DNA of 64,000 bases from Octopus sinensis (taxonomy: Eukaryota). Made by a program: the position numbers and the translations under genes. Shown in pieces: positions 42,989-56,689 of this stretch (position 1 is its first letter; every line of letters begins with the position of its first letter). The notes under the pieces were generated by a model, which was given only the letters and a program-made list of their open reading frames with translations, did no database searches and was not told the origin of the DNA. Where the stretch lies: contig NW_021833235.1 of NCBI RefSeq assembly GCF_006345805.1, positions 1-64,000 of the forward strand, written 5' to 3'.

Positions 42989-43654
42989 TTTGAGGAATGT
43001 AGACAGAAGGAAATGGAAAAAAGTTCAAGTCTTTAGGCTTACAATTTTTGTGTCTGTTAAGGTTCCACGTGTGTGTACATTTCTTCAATGTTATAGTGTT
43101 CCTTACACTTATTGAAGGCATCTTCGTTGGACGAGAGATAAGTTCTTTTACTAATGCCCTGTACAAGTTCTCTTTTTATAAAGTTTGGGTGGTTGCTGTG
43201 TGCATTAATATATTTGAGGTTGGTATATATGTGGGGAAAATGACTAGTTGACCGGCGGTGTTAGTCAAAAGTGTTATACCTGGTCGTAATATCCGCTATC
43301 GTTAATTGTAATAAATAACGATGTTTGAGACTGCTATATAAGTCCCTATGATTACAAATAATGCCCTTGTTAAAAATTAAGGATGCTCTCAAAAGTTTAA
43401 GTGCGATATACAGTATAAATTTGGGTTACGTAAAAGGTATAATAAATATATAAAAATGCTATGTGCAGTGTGGGTTATCTACTTAGAAATATAACTAAAA
43501 AAATAAATACAGCTGGAATAGGCTCAATTGCTCATTTAATCATGTTTGTTAGTTACAGCCCTAGCAATTAGTATGTTAGTCAGTGATCTAACGTTAATGT
43601 GGATATATTAAAGAGAATTATAGCTCCGGGTGTACATCGTATATTTAAAATAAA

Positions 43655-43818
43655 GGCGCAGGAGTGGCTGTGTGGTAAGTAGCTTGCTCTCCAACCACAT
43701 GGTTCCGGGTTCAGTCCACTGTGTGACACCTTGGGCAAGTGTCGTCTACTATAGCCTCAGGCCGACCAAAGCCTTGTGAGTAGATTTGGTAGACGGAAAC
43801 TGAAAGAAGCCTGTCGTA

Positions 43819-43863
<45 letters not shown>

Positions 43864-44058
43864 TTGTCTCCCTAGCATTGCTTGACAACCGATGCTGGTG
43901 TGTTTATGTCCCCGTTACTTAGCGGTTTGGCAAAAGAGACCGATAGAATAAGTACTGGGCCTACAAAACAATAAGTCCTGGGGTCGAGTTGCTCGATTAA
44001 AGGCGGTGCTCCAGCATGGCCGCAGTCAAATGACTGAAACAAGTAAAAGAGTAAAGAG
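43655..44058 (+). mobile_element. tRNA-derived SINE family A, representative full-length copy (about 25 copies in the window)
   Basis: A box TGGCTGTGTGG, B box GGTTCAGTCC, internal (TA)n(TG)n, (AAAGAGT)n tail. Other copies near 3768(-), 6868(+), 8072(+), 8697(-), 11360(-), 13738(+), 19068(-), 19871(+), 20460(-), 23147(-), 25317(-), 26990, 29737, 31010, 32375, 40624, 46763, 49802, 54337, 58784, 61240 and 62021 (last eleven all +). Confidence 0.9.
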
Positions 44059-44199
44059 TACAGCTAGAATAGGCTCAATTGCTCATTTAATTGTGTTTGT
44101 TAGTTGCAGCCCTAGCAATCAGTATGTTAGTCAGTGATCTAACATTAATGTGGATATATTAAAGAGAATTATAGCTCCGGGTGTACATCTTATATTTAA

Positions 44200-46310
44200 G
44201 ATAAATAATTCAGTTATTCAGGGTAATTTAATTTGTGATGTGATATTAAATCATGCTCTGTGGTAAGGTGGGGGAGGGGGGTCAAGAGGAGATAATCAGA
44301 TGTTAAGCAGGTCAGCTAATAAACTGTAATGTAGGTATTAGTGGTATGTAGAGAATAAGAATTTATCTTTATGTAAGTATGTTCTATTTTCCTCATCTCG
44401 TTTATTAATTCTGATTTGGCCATCAAAATGAAGAATTTCTCATTTATGCATAAATTACAGTGATTATTTTTAAGGTTATATGAAGATGTTTTGGCTAGGA
44501 TATGTCATTCTGTTCTATAATATTGTTATCTGTAAATTTCCTGATATAACTACTTACTTCGGTAGAGTTAGCCTTATTTCTATTTCTGAAACTTGAGAGA
44601 TGGGAATTATATCTAAGTTTCATTTCATTTTTAGTTGCTCTTATATAAGTTTTCTAATTATTGGAGAATACATCACATTGGTAGATTTTGATTTTGATTT
44701 TGATTTTTCCAGTTTCAGCTAATGAGCTGTGGCCATGCTGGGGCACCGACATTTTTAGTTTTACATTTATTCAAGAATTCACAAGTATTTTTATTTCTCC
44801 AACCACATAGATTAGTAAGATTATCTGTGCCTATGATATAGTATAGGGGATTATCATTTATAAGATGGCTGTCTGGATTTTCAGAGGGCAAGTTATATGG
44901 GGGATCACTTATATTAATCGATTAGTAGTTGTGCTTTTTATTGTTATTCTTCCAAGTTTCATAGGAGTTTAGCTTTTTGTTGTTGACAGAGGTTATAATA
45001 GTTGCTAGTTCGGCTATGGCCTACTCTAATTTTATTGCTGAAGGTTCTGAGTATTTTATATTCATATCGAAGTGCTTACTTTACTGGTTTTTAGTTGTAT
45101 TGCAAAGAGGATTATTAGCCAGATGTTATCCTTATTCTGCTTGTTATTTTAAATATTTTTGGGTTTTTGGTGTAAAACCTGCCCTCAGTATTGTTGCAGA
45201 TCATAAATTATGGTTATTATTATTATTATTATTATTATTTTTGCCAGCTCTGTCTGGCATCTGTGCAGGTGGCACGTAAAAAGCACCCACTACACTCACG
45301 GAGTGGTTGGTGTTAGGAAGGGCATCCAGCTGTAGAAACACTGCCAGATCTGACTAGGCCTGATGAAGCCTTCCGGCTTCGCAGACCCCATGCTAGCATG
45401 GAAAACGGACGCTAAACGATGATGATGATGATGATTGCTATCAGCTTTGGTAGGGTTGTTCCTATTCGACTTATTTACCTTGGTATTATAATTACTACCA
45501 GGGACTTTATTGGTTCTTTTAGGTGTATTATTTTTATTGTTATTATTTTTCTTAGTATTATTATCGTTAACATAAGCTAATGTTATTAATATTATTATGA
45601 ATCTTAATATTCTTCCTACTATTAGTAATAATAGTAGTAATAATAAATTATCACTACTATTGTTATTATTTTTGTGATTGTTTTTATAGATATTTTGGCT
45701 ATTATTATTATAAATTATAGGTATTTGTTATTTGTGTTATTGTTATAAAACTCCGAGTAAAGGTACTTAATTTTCCAATACAGTGTTATAGTGTTCCTTA
45801 CACTTATTGAAGGCATCTTCGTTGGATGAGATACGAAATTCTTTTACTAATGCCCTGTACAAGTCCTCTTTTTATAAAGTTTGGGTGGTTGCTGTGTACA
45901 TTAATATATTTGAGGTTGGTATTAGGTTTAATGTACAGTTCATGTAATCCCATGGTTAAATTACAATTGGCATCTAAATAGTTAATAGAATTATGCGCTT
46001 TTACTATCATGATAGTTAATCCAAACAGTTTAAAGAACTTATATAATTTTTTCTTTAGTAGTTAAAGTCTCTTATTGGAGCTGTTTTTAAGGATAAATAA
46101 TGCCTCATCTCTGTAAAGGCCTCCTCTAATCTCTGGGAATTCTTTATGTAGATGAGAATAGATAAATACCCACTAAATCAGATACCTGTGCTGAGTCCAG
46201 GGCCCCCATAGTGATGTTGAAATAATTGGGGTGTCCGTCCTTACCCATTGGTTGTTATCAAATTTTATTATATATTTCCTAGCTTCTATGATTACCTTAA
46301 TTAATGGACT
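44200..46310 (-). mobile_element. Second, AT-rich Penelope-like element (RT and GIY-YIG remnants) with nested inserts
   Basis: ITMGA.DSAQVSDLVGI...GGLYRDEA, KPNTNLKYINVHSNHP, STEVSSYI...CNLCINEK. 43088-43230 duplicates 45784-45920. Confidence 0.7.
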
Positions 46311-47165
46311 GTTTGACTGAGGGCTGGCGAACCAGATGGCTGCACCAGGCTCCAGTCTTGATCTGGCAGAGTTTCTACAGCTGGATGCCCTTCCTAACGC
46401 CAACCACTCCGAGAGTGTAGTGGGTGCTTTTACATGCCACCGGCACGGGGGCCAGTCAGGCGGTACTTGCAACGACCTAGCTTGAATCTTTTTACACATG
46501 TCAACGGCACAGGTGCCAGTAAGGTGATGCTGGTAACGATCCTGCTCGAATGGCGCCTCCTACATGCCACCGGCACGGAAGCCAGTTAGCCACTTTGGCA
46601 ACAATCACACTCGGATGGTGCTCTACGTATACACATATTTTGTTTCGAATTTGTGTGAATGTGTATAAAATAATATAGAAGTTGAATAAAGTTAAAACAT
46701 GGTCTGGTTTTCATGTTTTTTTTACCATGATATTTTAACATTAAAAAAAAATATTTTGTAATAGGTGCAGGAGTGGCTGTGTGGTAAGTAGCTTGCTAAC
46801 CAACCACATGGTTCCGGGTTCAGTCCCACTGCGTGGCATCTTGGGCAAGTGTCTTCTGCTATAGCCCCGGGCCGACCAATGCCTTGTGAGTGGATTTGGT
46901 AGACAGAAACTGAAAGAAGCCTGTCGTATATATATATATATGTGTATATATATTATATATATGTGTGTGTTTGTATGTGTTTGTGTGTCTGTGTTTGTCT
47001 CCTTAGCATTGCTTGACAACTGATGCTGGTGTGTTTACGTCCCCGTCACTTAGCGGTTCGGCAAAAAGAGACCGATAGCATAAGTACTGGGCTTACAAAG
47101 AATAAGTCGACTAAAGGCGGTGCTCCAGCATGGCCGCAGTCAAATGACTGAAACAAGTAAAAGAG

Positions 47166-47410
47166 TAATGCGCATAAAGTTAAATTGGCGCTTTCATACA
47201 TAGTGAATCAGATTTCAAATGAGTTTAACTGACAGATGAGTTCTTGACAACTTTAGTAGCTCTTAGAACCTCTCCAACAAGCTGAATTTTTAGAATGCAT
47301 TTTTGACCAATCTACATGCATCTTAAACATCACGGTTTGCCAGGTGTACACATTTGAAATCTGATGATTATGCTATGTATGAAAGTGCTAATTTAACTTA
47401 ATGAGCATTA
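47166..47410. repeat. Inverted repeat (about 55-60-bp arms) with hammerhead motif at 47357-47394 (+)
   Basis: Arms 47166-47221 and 47351-47410. aaat CTGATGA ttatgc tat gtat GAAA gtgcta attt. Confidence 0.65.
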
Positions 47411-48459
47411 CAAAATAGTTTTTTTTAATGTTACAATACCATAATAAAAAATGTGGAAACCAGAACATATTTTAACTTTATTCAACTGAGATATATATGT
47501 GTGACCGCGTGTGTACCGTTGATGATTTTTTTCCCTCTGTCTTCCCTTCTCTGGATTTTTCCTTCTATGTTTCCGACGAAGAGCTCCGCTCGAAATGTTA
47601 AAACTTCCTTTCATCCTGAGAGTCCAATAATACTATATTTGTTCCACGTCCTCGCGTTGTTGTGCTTTTTTGTGCTTTCATGTTTGGATTAACTATATAT
47701 ATATATATATATATAACACCACACATATATACATATGTACATATATATACTTCATGTATATATAATCTGTGTGTGTGTATATATATATTATTATACACAC
47801 ATATATATACACCATATATATATGTATATATATATATATATATATAATATATAATATATACACACATATATATATGTATATTTATATATACACACTATAT
47901 ATACACACATATATATATGGTATATATATATATATATATATACACCCATATATATCTGTATATATATATATACACACACACACACATACATATATACATA
48001 CATATACATATGCATATATATATATATACACACACACATACACATATATACATACATATACATATGCACATATATATACTTATATGTACACACATATACA
48101 TGTATATATATATATATATATATGCACACACATACATATATACATGTATATGCCGCCAGCATGAGAGACAGGCGGTTCTGGCATTGACCATACTTGAATG
48201 GTGCTTTTTATGTGCCACCGGCATAGGACCAGTCAGCTGGCACTGGCATCAACCATGCTCAAATGGTGCTTTTTACATGTCACCAGCAAGGATGCCAATC
48301 AGGCAGAACTGTCATTGGCCACGACAATGACTTCACTTGACTCAACAGGTCTTTGCAAGCGCAGTTTATTGCCCAATGGTTAATGGGCCGGTTATGCTGC
48401 ACTGGCATAGGCCACAGTTACAGTCTTACTTGGCTTCTTCTTCTTGTCTTGAGACAACA

Positions 48460-48910
48460 TTCACCCGGGGTGGGTTGAGCTGGCTTCATTCATCCTCAAT
48501 GCTGCATCTCTCACAAATGCTGCATCTCTCACAAACGCTGCATCTCTCACAAACGCTGACCAGGCCTGGCGATTTGAGGCTGACGACCGCGTGATCTCCA
48601 ACCACTCCTTATTCCAGCGGCGAACGCCGTAGATGTGGGGGCCTAGGTTGGGTTCCAGATCAGCCTTTACTGTCATCAGCCAGGTTTTTCGTTGTCCACC
48701 ACATCGCTTTTGCCGACCCTGAAGCGGAGCTGGGGCAATTGCTTTGTAGATGAATTCTCCTGGTTGATGACTGAGGGCATCACCCAGCCAACGCAGACAC
48801 CTCGTTAGGATGACTTGTCGGAGGGAGGTGATTCTGCACTGGTGTCGCACCGAATTGTTGGAGACAAAGTGATGTCATCGGACACGAATGATGCGGCGTA
48901 GACACTTGGT
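48460..48910 (-). mobile_element. RTE LINE 3' fragment nested in another RTE tail (48150-49165)
   Basis: RCLRWLGDA...GGQRKTWLMTVKADL. Confidence 0.75.
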
Positions 48911-50184
48911 TTGCTGGGTCTTCTCAAGCACATCATATCTCCAGAGGTCTCTGTCTCTTGTCATCGCCTCCGTGAGGCCCAGTATTCGAAGGTTGTGCTT
49001 CACCTCATTCCAGATCTTCCTGGCTCTTACCTCTCCCACAGATTCCTTCTGCTGCTAGGGTGTGACACTTTTTCACACAGCTGTCCTCATCCATATGCAA
49101 CACATGACCTTACCATCGCAGTCGTCTCTCTTGTGCACCACATCCACTACTGCTTAGGTCCCTAGATGAGAATCAGATATTCTCATCATCATCATCGTTT
49201 AGCATCCGCTTTCCATGCTAGCATGGGTTGGACGGTTCAACTGTGGTCTGGGAAGCCAGAAGGCTGTGCCAGGCCCAGTCTGATTGGCAGTGTTTCTACG
49301 GCTGGATGCCCTTCCTAATGCCAACCACTCCGTGAGTGTAGTGGGTGCTTTTTATGTGCCACTGGCATGGGGCCAGATGAGGCTGGCAACGGCCACAATT
49401 GGAAATACACATGAGCGGGTATAGAAGTAAATGTAGGGATAAGTGAGTTAGACAGGTCAATATATAAAGTATATTAAATACATGAAATACAAAAAATGTA
49501 TATATACATTCTGAGTTCAGATTCTGCAGAGGTTGACTTTGTCTTTCATCCCTCTCAGTACCAGTGGAGCACTGGGGGTGGATGTAATTGACATACCCTC
49601 TCCCCTGATATTGTTGGCCTTGTACCAACATTTGAAAAAAATTTTTATTATTATTTTCCTTCTTTCTTCAAATATTCTTCCGTTTCTCGCCGAGTGTTTT
49701 CCATACACCTAGGGCCCGAGAAGTTCATTGTATGCATTCCCAGGTTACACACGCAAATTCACAGGTAAAATATGTATTTAAAAAATTAATAAACAAAAAT
49801 TCAGGAGTGGCTGTATGGTAAGTAGCTTGCTTACCAACCACATGGTTCTGGGTTCAGTCCCACTGCGTGGCACCTTGGGCAAGTGTCTTCTACTATAGCC
49901 TCGGACCGACCAAAGCCTTGTGAGTGGATTTGGTAGACGGAAACTGAAAGAAGCCCGTTGTATATATGTATATATATGTATGTTTGTGTGTCTGTGTTTG
50001 TCCCCCAGCATTGCTTGACAACTGATGCTGGTGTGTTTACGTCCCCCTCACTTAGCGGTTCGGCAAAAGAGACTGATAGAATAAGTACTGGGCTTACAAA
50101 GAATAAGTCCCGGGGTCGAGTTGCTCGATTAAAGGCAGTGCTCCAGCATGGCCGCAGTCAAGTAAAAAAAAGTAAAAAAAAAAT

Positions 50185-50492
50185 GGATGTTGTTTTCACA
50201 GCGATAATGCTCTTTTCAGTACGAGTCGTTCCAGATAACATGATTTTTTGCACTTCCTGTAGGGATGGTAAGCCTGGAATCATTTTCAAATAGGTTTCAG
50301 TACCTTTTTTTTAATCATTCCTAGAGATCCTACAATCACTGGTACTGTAGTCGCCTTGAGATGCCACATTTTTTCAATTTCTATTAGCAGGTCTTTATAC
50401 TTACTAATCTTGTCAAATTCTTTCGCCGCTATATTGTGATCGCAAGGAATACTCACGTCAATTAATAAACACATCCTTTTTGTCTGATCTTT
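50185..50492 (-). mobile_element. R4/Dong-type restriction-like endonuclease LINE fragment next to (TAA)n microsatellite (50495-50795)
   Basis: CLLIDVSIP.D.NI..KEFDKISKYKDL..EIEKMW...VPVIVGSLG. Confidence 0.7.
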
Positions 50493-50627
50493 TAAAATTT
50501 TTTATTATTATTATTTTTTATTAATATTTATTATTATTATTATTATATTATTATTATTATTATCATCATTATTACTACTAATCTTTATTATCATTATTAT
50601 TATTAGTATTATTATTATTACTGATCT

Positions 50628-50660
<33 letters not shown>

Positions 50661-50666
50661 CTGATC

Positions 50667-50701
<35 letters not shown>

Positions 50702-50716
50702 TATTACTGATCTTTA

Positions 50717-50751
<35 letters not shown>

Positions 50752-52982
50752 TACTACTATTATTACTAATCTTTATTATTATTAGTATTATTAAGGTGGT
50801 GAGCTGAAAGAATTATCAGCATGCTGGGCAAAATGCTTAGTAGCGTTTTGTCCGTCCTTATGTTCTGAATTCAAATTCTGCTGGGGTTGACTATGCCCTT
50901 TCATCTTTTCAGGGTCAATATATTAAGTACCAGTGAAACACTGGGGGTCAATGTAATCGACTTGTCCCATCCCCCCAAAATTTCTGGTCTTGTGCCTTTT
51001 TACTAGAAAGAATTAGTTTTTGTTTTTGTTGTTGTTTTTATCCTTTTCATATCCTCGTTGGGGTAGATGTACTCTATCCCCCAGCTATGCGTGAATAGAT
51101 CCACATTTGGCTCTTAAGAATTCCTATGTTGCTGCTTCGGTGCCATTCTTTTAAGTACTTCCCAGAGAATGTAGCCGTCTCCCAAGAACTCACTTATTTT
51201 TAGCAGTTTTAGAAACGGTTTGTTTGCCTGGAACTCTTCCAATTGTTTTTGTTTTTTTTTTTTCTTCCCAGTTTCTGGTTCCTGTTGTTGTTGTTATTGG
51301 TGTGAGAAAGACATCAAGTGTTTCCTTATGTTCCATGTTTAACTCCCCCCCTCCTTGCCACTCTGCCTTTTCTTTTTCCTTTCCTTTCCTTCCTTTTCTT
51401 CATCTTTGCCCTATTCTTTTTCTTCTCCTTCATCCTTCTTCATTTTTCTTCTTTGTTACCTTCTTCCTTATTTCTTCTTTTTCTTCCTTGTCTCCTACTC
51501 CTCCTATCTGCCTCTTCCTCCCATCCTCCTCCTCTCCTCCTCCTCATCCACTACATCCTCCTCCTCCTCCTCCTCCTCCTCATCCCCTCCTCCATCCTCC
51601 TCCTCCTCCTCCTCATCATCATTCCTCCTCATCATCATCATCATCCTCCCATCCTTGTCCCCCCTCCCCCCTCCTCCAGGTGGTGTGAACATTGAACAAA
51701 ATGCTTAGCAGCATTTTTTCTTCCAACTCACTGCAATGTCGGTTCAAATCCCACCAAGACCTATCTTTTGGTGGCGTCAATAAAAAAAAAAAGTACCTCA
51801 CCAGAATTGGGTTCCAAATGTATTGAACCAACCTCTTACCTTTAAAATATCTAATTTCGTATCAAGACTAGCAGGAATTATTATTCTGTTGGATTGCAGT
51901 ATTTGTTTTAGTTCTTCATATCCTGAGATCAAATCCTGCTAGAAAAATGACGACGCCGTGGTGATCTCATTCTCGCTCACAACATCATAAGCGGAAAGTG
52001 TAACCTCTCAAAAGAGCTGTTCTTCACTCCTGCTCCAGAGCGTCGGCTGCAGGGTCACTCCGAAAAGCTCTATCTGCGATGATTTCATCTCAATCGAAGG
52101 AGAGGGGCTTTCTCCGTCCGGGTTGCGGATCCGTGGAATAAGCTGCCGGACGAGATGGTGAAGATGCCGACGACCGCTCAGTTCAAAGTCTCCCTTGACC
52201 AGAAATGGCCTGAATTCTTTGCATGACACCCTCCCTGTACATAACTACATGGCCTTGCTTTTTGAGCCAAAAAATTAACTTAACTGCTGAGGTTAGCTTT
52301 GCCTTTCATTTTTCCAGGATTGATAAAATATAGTACATGGAGTTGATGTAATTGCTTAACTTTTCCTATCCTCAGAATTTGTGGCCTTTTATCATTTGAG
52401 GGGAGTGCATGGCTTAGTGGTTAGAGTGTTGGACTCATGATGGTAAGTTTGTGGTTTCGATTCCTGGATCAGGCGATGCGTTTAAAAAAAATTTTTTTTT
52501 TAGCAAAACACTCCATTTCCTGTTTCCCCAGTTCACCCAACTCGTAGCATCAAGTGATCCTGTGACAGAGAGGGCATCCTGTCCTCGGTGGAATATATAC
52601 CCTACAGAGTCCAGGAAACTGGCTTTATGCTCCTTGCAGAGTAATGCAGACTAATGCTATCACTTGAGGGATGAACGGCAAAGTTCGCCTTGGTGGGATT
52701 TGAACACAGAATGTCAAGAGCTGGAGAAAATACCACAAGGTATTTTGTCTGACTCCTCTAAAGATTCTAGAAGTAAAGTTCACTGCCCTAATCATCATTT
52801 AATGTCCGCTGTCCATGCTGGCATAGGTTGGACAGTTTCACTAGGGCTGGTAAGCCGAGGGGCTGCACCAGACTCCATCTGACTTAGCATGGTTTCTATG
52901 GCTAGATTCCCTTCCTAAAGCCAACCACTCCGAGAGTGTAATGACTGCCATGACTATGGTTTCGCTTGGCTTGATGGGTCTA

Positions 52983-53262
52983 CTCAAGCATGGCATATTG
53001 CCATAGGTCTCACTCACAAGTCATTGCCTTGTCAAGCATGGCATATTGCCTAGTCAAGCATGGCATATTGTTGAAAGTCTCACTCACTAGTCATTGCCTA
53101 CTCAAGCATGGCATATTGTCGAAAGTCTCACTCACTAGTCATTGCCTACTCAAGCATGGCATATTGCCGAAGGCCTCACTCACTAGACATTGCCTACTCA
53201 AACATGGCATATTGTCGAAAGTCTCACTCACTAGTCATTGCCTACTCAAGCATGGCATATTA
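52983..53262. repeat. 48-bp tandem repeat derived from RTE tail, just upstream of the activation-loop exon
   Basis: Unit ctcaagcatggcatattgtcgaaagtctcactcactagtcattgccta. Confidence 0.85.
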
Positions 53263-53403
53263 GTTCAAATTCCACTGATATTGATTTTGCTTTTCACCCT
53301 TTCTCACTGGGGTCCTTGTATTGAGCACTCCGAAAATTTCAGGCCTTGTGCCTATATTAGAAAGAATTATCGTTATCATCGTTATCATCTCTTCTCCTTG
53401 CAG

Positions 53404-53577
53404 ATGGCTGTCATCCTCGTCAAGGTTCGATGGACGTTGTGTTGAAGGAGGAGTCGTGTTGCTGTGATCAACTGAAGCCATTGGAGGTGAAGTACCAGGA
53501 ACAGCGGCAGCGATGTCTGGCCCACTCTCTCGTAGGCACGCCCAACTACATTGCGCCTGAGGTCTTGATCCGATCAG
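53404..53577 (+). CDS. LATS1: LATS kinase exon: kinase insert and activation loop
   Basis: ctccttgcag|AT...TCAG|gtaag, 174 nt, phase 1-1. Translates DGCHPRQGSMD...QRCLAHSLVGTPNYIAPEVLIRSG. This frame is not in the ORF track. Confidence 0.96.
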
Positions 53578-53652
53578 GTAAGAAGTGACCTCTGCTCCGA
53601 TGGTGGGGTCGTATGTGCATGTGTCTATTTCTCTCTCTCTCTCTATATATAT

Positions 53653-53947
53653 AACAATTGCAGCGTGGAAGGTGTTTGTAAGCCATTTAAGAAACACACA
53701 AAAGCCGTTCGACTCACTTCAACATTTAAGTTTAATTTGTCAAAATATTTTCGTTGCTAAAATCCGCGACCTGTTCACTGACAAAAATCCGTACTGCATC
53801 ATGCAGCACGGATTTTTGTCAGTGAACAGGTCGCGGATTTTAGCGACGAAAATATTTTGACAAATTAAACTTAAATGTTGAAGTGAGTCGAACGGCTTTT
53901 GTGTGTTTCTTAAATGGCTTACAAACACCTTCCACGCTGCAATTGTT
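53653..53947. repeat. Near-perfect palindrome, 147-bp arms, 1-nt centre (53800), 2 mismatches
   Basis: aacaattgcagcg...gtactgcat c atgcagcac...cgctgcaattgtt. Confidence 0.95.
53815..53864 (+). ncRNA. Hammerhead ribozyme variant with G3:C8 core swap
   Basis: tttgtca GTGAACA g gtcgc-loop-gcgac GAA AATATT T tgacaaa: 7-bp stem I, 5-bp stem II, palindromic stem III. Confidence 0.65.
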
Positions 53948-54720
53948 TTCGTTTCAGCACACAATCTCAGATCAAATCACTTGCTGTGCGAGTACATCTC
54001 TCTATATATAGTTGAGGCAGTTGTATTGTGTGCTACGTCTTTGGGTTTCTGCTCAGGTGGGACAACCAGCAGGTAACCTGCTTGTGAATTAGCGGCAGCC
54101 CAGCCTCACAATTGGTTATTGCATCCATGACAGACAACTTTATGACAGCAGGGTTTTTGATCAGGGTTGTGTTGATCGTTTTTGATTGGGGTCGTGTTAA
54201 GGCAAGCACAGGGGTTTATTAGGTTGACCAATGCTTTCAGAGTGGATATGGTAGAGGGGAAACTGAGAGAAGCCTATTGTGTGTTTGTTTATGTGTAAAT
54301 GTGGCTGTTACACTATTTTGTCTAATAGCAAACCACAGGCGCAGGAGTGGCTGTGTGGTAAATAGCTTGCTAACCAACCACATGGTTCCGGGTTCAGTCT
54401 CACTGCATGGCATCTTGGGCAAGTGTCTTATGTTATAGCCTCGGGCCGACCAATGCCTTGTGAGTGGATTTGGTAGACGGAAACTGAAAGTAGCCTGTCG
54501 TATATATATGTATGTGTGTGTATGTTTGTGTCCCCCCCCACCATCGCTTGACAACCGATGCTGGTGTGTTTATGTCCCCCATAACTTAGCGGTTTGGCAA
54601 AAGAGACCGATAGAATAAGTACTGGGCTTACAAAGAATAAGTCCTGGGGTTGATTTGCTCGACTAAAGGTGGTGCTCCAGCATGGCTGCAGTCAAATGAC
54701 TGAAACAAGTAAATGAGTAT

Positions 54721-55330
54721 ACATTATTTACATTATTTGACGGATATTTGTCCTCATCTTGTTTGTTGTTAACGCAACATTTCGGCTAATATACCCTCCA
54801 GCCTTCATCAGGTGTCTTGCGGAAATTTTGAACCTGGGTTCTCATTCCTAAGGTATTTTTTGATATTATTATTAGGGTCACTACCTAGAATCGAACTTGG
54901 AATCTTGGAGTTAGTAGCCCGCGCTTTTAACCACTACGCCATATGCAGTGACCTGAATAATAATAATAATAATAATATTGAGAAGAGCATTGTCGATGTC
55001 AGAACTATTACTACCCATGTATTTTAATTTAACTTTAAAAAAAAAAAAAATGAAATGAACGAACTAGTGAGTTTAGTTTAATGGCCTACCAATGTATACT
55101 ATGAGTTTCCTTGCCCTAGGAGTCGGGAAGACACTCAGCAAGAAATGGAAGCAAATTTGAAAGAAGAAGAAAAAAAAAGATAACAATAATAATAATAATA
55201 TCGAAAATACTTTAGGAATGAGAACCCAGGTTCGAAGTTTCCCCAAGACACCTGATGATGGCTTGAGGGTATATCAGCCGAAACGTTGTGTTAACAACTA
55301 ACATATCTGCCAAATGTAAATAATGTACAT
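54721..55330. repeat. Inverted pair of Penelope pLTR copies, each with a hammerhead motif (54771-54816 -, 55247-55292 +)
   Basis: Same family as 10800-11033. The + copy reads gacac CTGATGA tggctt..cagcc GAAA cgtt gtgtt. Confidence 0.8.
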
Positions 55331-56689
55331 AATTCCTCATCTCTTAAATTTAGAACTACATCAAACCCCGTGGTTCTTGAGTTCCTGATGAAGCAAGTTT
55401 ACTTGAAAGGACAACTGTTTGTGCATGTGTCTATGCATCTGTGTGTTTGTGTAGTTGCGACAATCACACTATATCACGTGCTGCACTAAAATTTTACAGT
55501 ATCCGTTTCTGGTGTCACCTTAAAAACACTGGTGCTACATGCATTATCTTGTAGCTATGAGATTTCATGATCATGATCATCATCATCATTTAGCGTCCGC
55601 TTTCCATGCTGGCATGGGTCGGATGGTTCAGCTGGGGTCTGGGAAGCCAGAAGGCTGCACCAGGCCCAGTTTGATCTGGCAATGTTTCTACAGCTGGATG
55701 CCCTTCCTAACGCCAACCACTCCATGAGTGTAGTGGGTGCTTTTTATGTGCCACCGGCACAGGGGCCAGGCGAGGCTGGCAACGCCACGATCAGATGGTG
55801 CTTTTTATGTACCACCGGCACTGATTGTTTATTTGTAGAATGACATTGTGTGAAGGTGCAATGGCCCAGTGGTTAGGGCAATGGACTCGCGGTTGGAAGA
55901 TTGCGGTTTCGATTCCCAGACCTGGCGTTGTGTGTGTTTATTGAGCGAAAACATCTAAAATCTCCACGAGGCTCCGGCATGGGGTTGGTGGCGACCCCTG
56001 TTGTACTCTTTTGCCACAACTTTCTCTCACTCTCTCTTCCTGTTTCTTGAGTAACGCTGCGATGGACTGGCGTCCTGTCCAGCCGGGGGGAACACATACC
56101 CCACAGAAACTGGGCCCAGGAGCCTGGCTAGGCTTGAAAAGGACGACAAAGAAAGAATGACATTGCAGGGTAGGTGCGTGAGGCCAGATCTGGTTGGTTT
56201 GAGCACAAGGCAGGTGAAATCTTTGGGTTTGATATAGCTGGATTAAATAATAAAGGGTTGAAAGCAAGCACTGGGTTTTGGGGCTGACCAAAGCCTTGTA
56301 TTCACCTGAAAGAAGCCCATTGTAGGTGTGTTTGTGTACATGTGGTTGTCACTCTATTTTGTCAAATATCCAACCACTCAGTACGTGAATTTCTGATGAA
56401 GCAAGTTTATTTCAAGGTGCAGTTATTTAATAATAATAATAATCAATTCTTTTTTATTGGCCACAAGGGCTGACACGCATGATTACATAAAGGGACAAGA
56501 CAGGACGAAAGGTTACAAAGGGTTTTGTCCGTTTGTTAAAAAATCCGTGTAAAAAACTTTAAAACAATGATTATTAAAACAATGAAAAACTCCCAAAAGG
56601 GGGAGAGGTTTCGAAAGGTTCCTGGTGGAAAAAAACCCTACAAAAATAAAACATTCTGTACAGTGCTCAGGTGCACTACAACTCATCTA

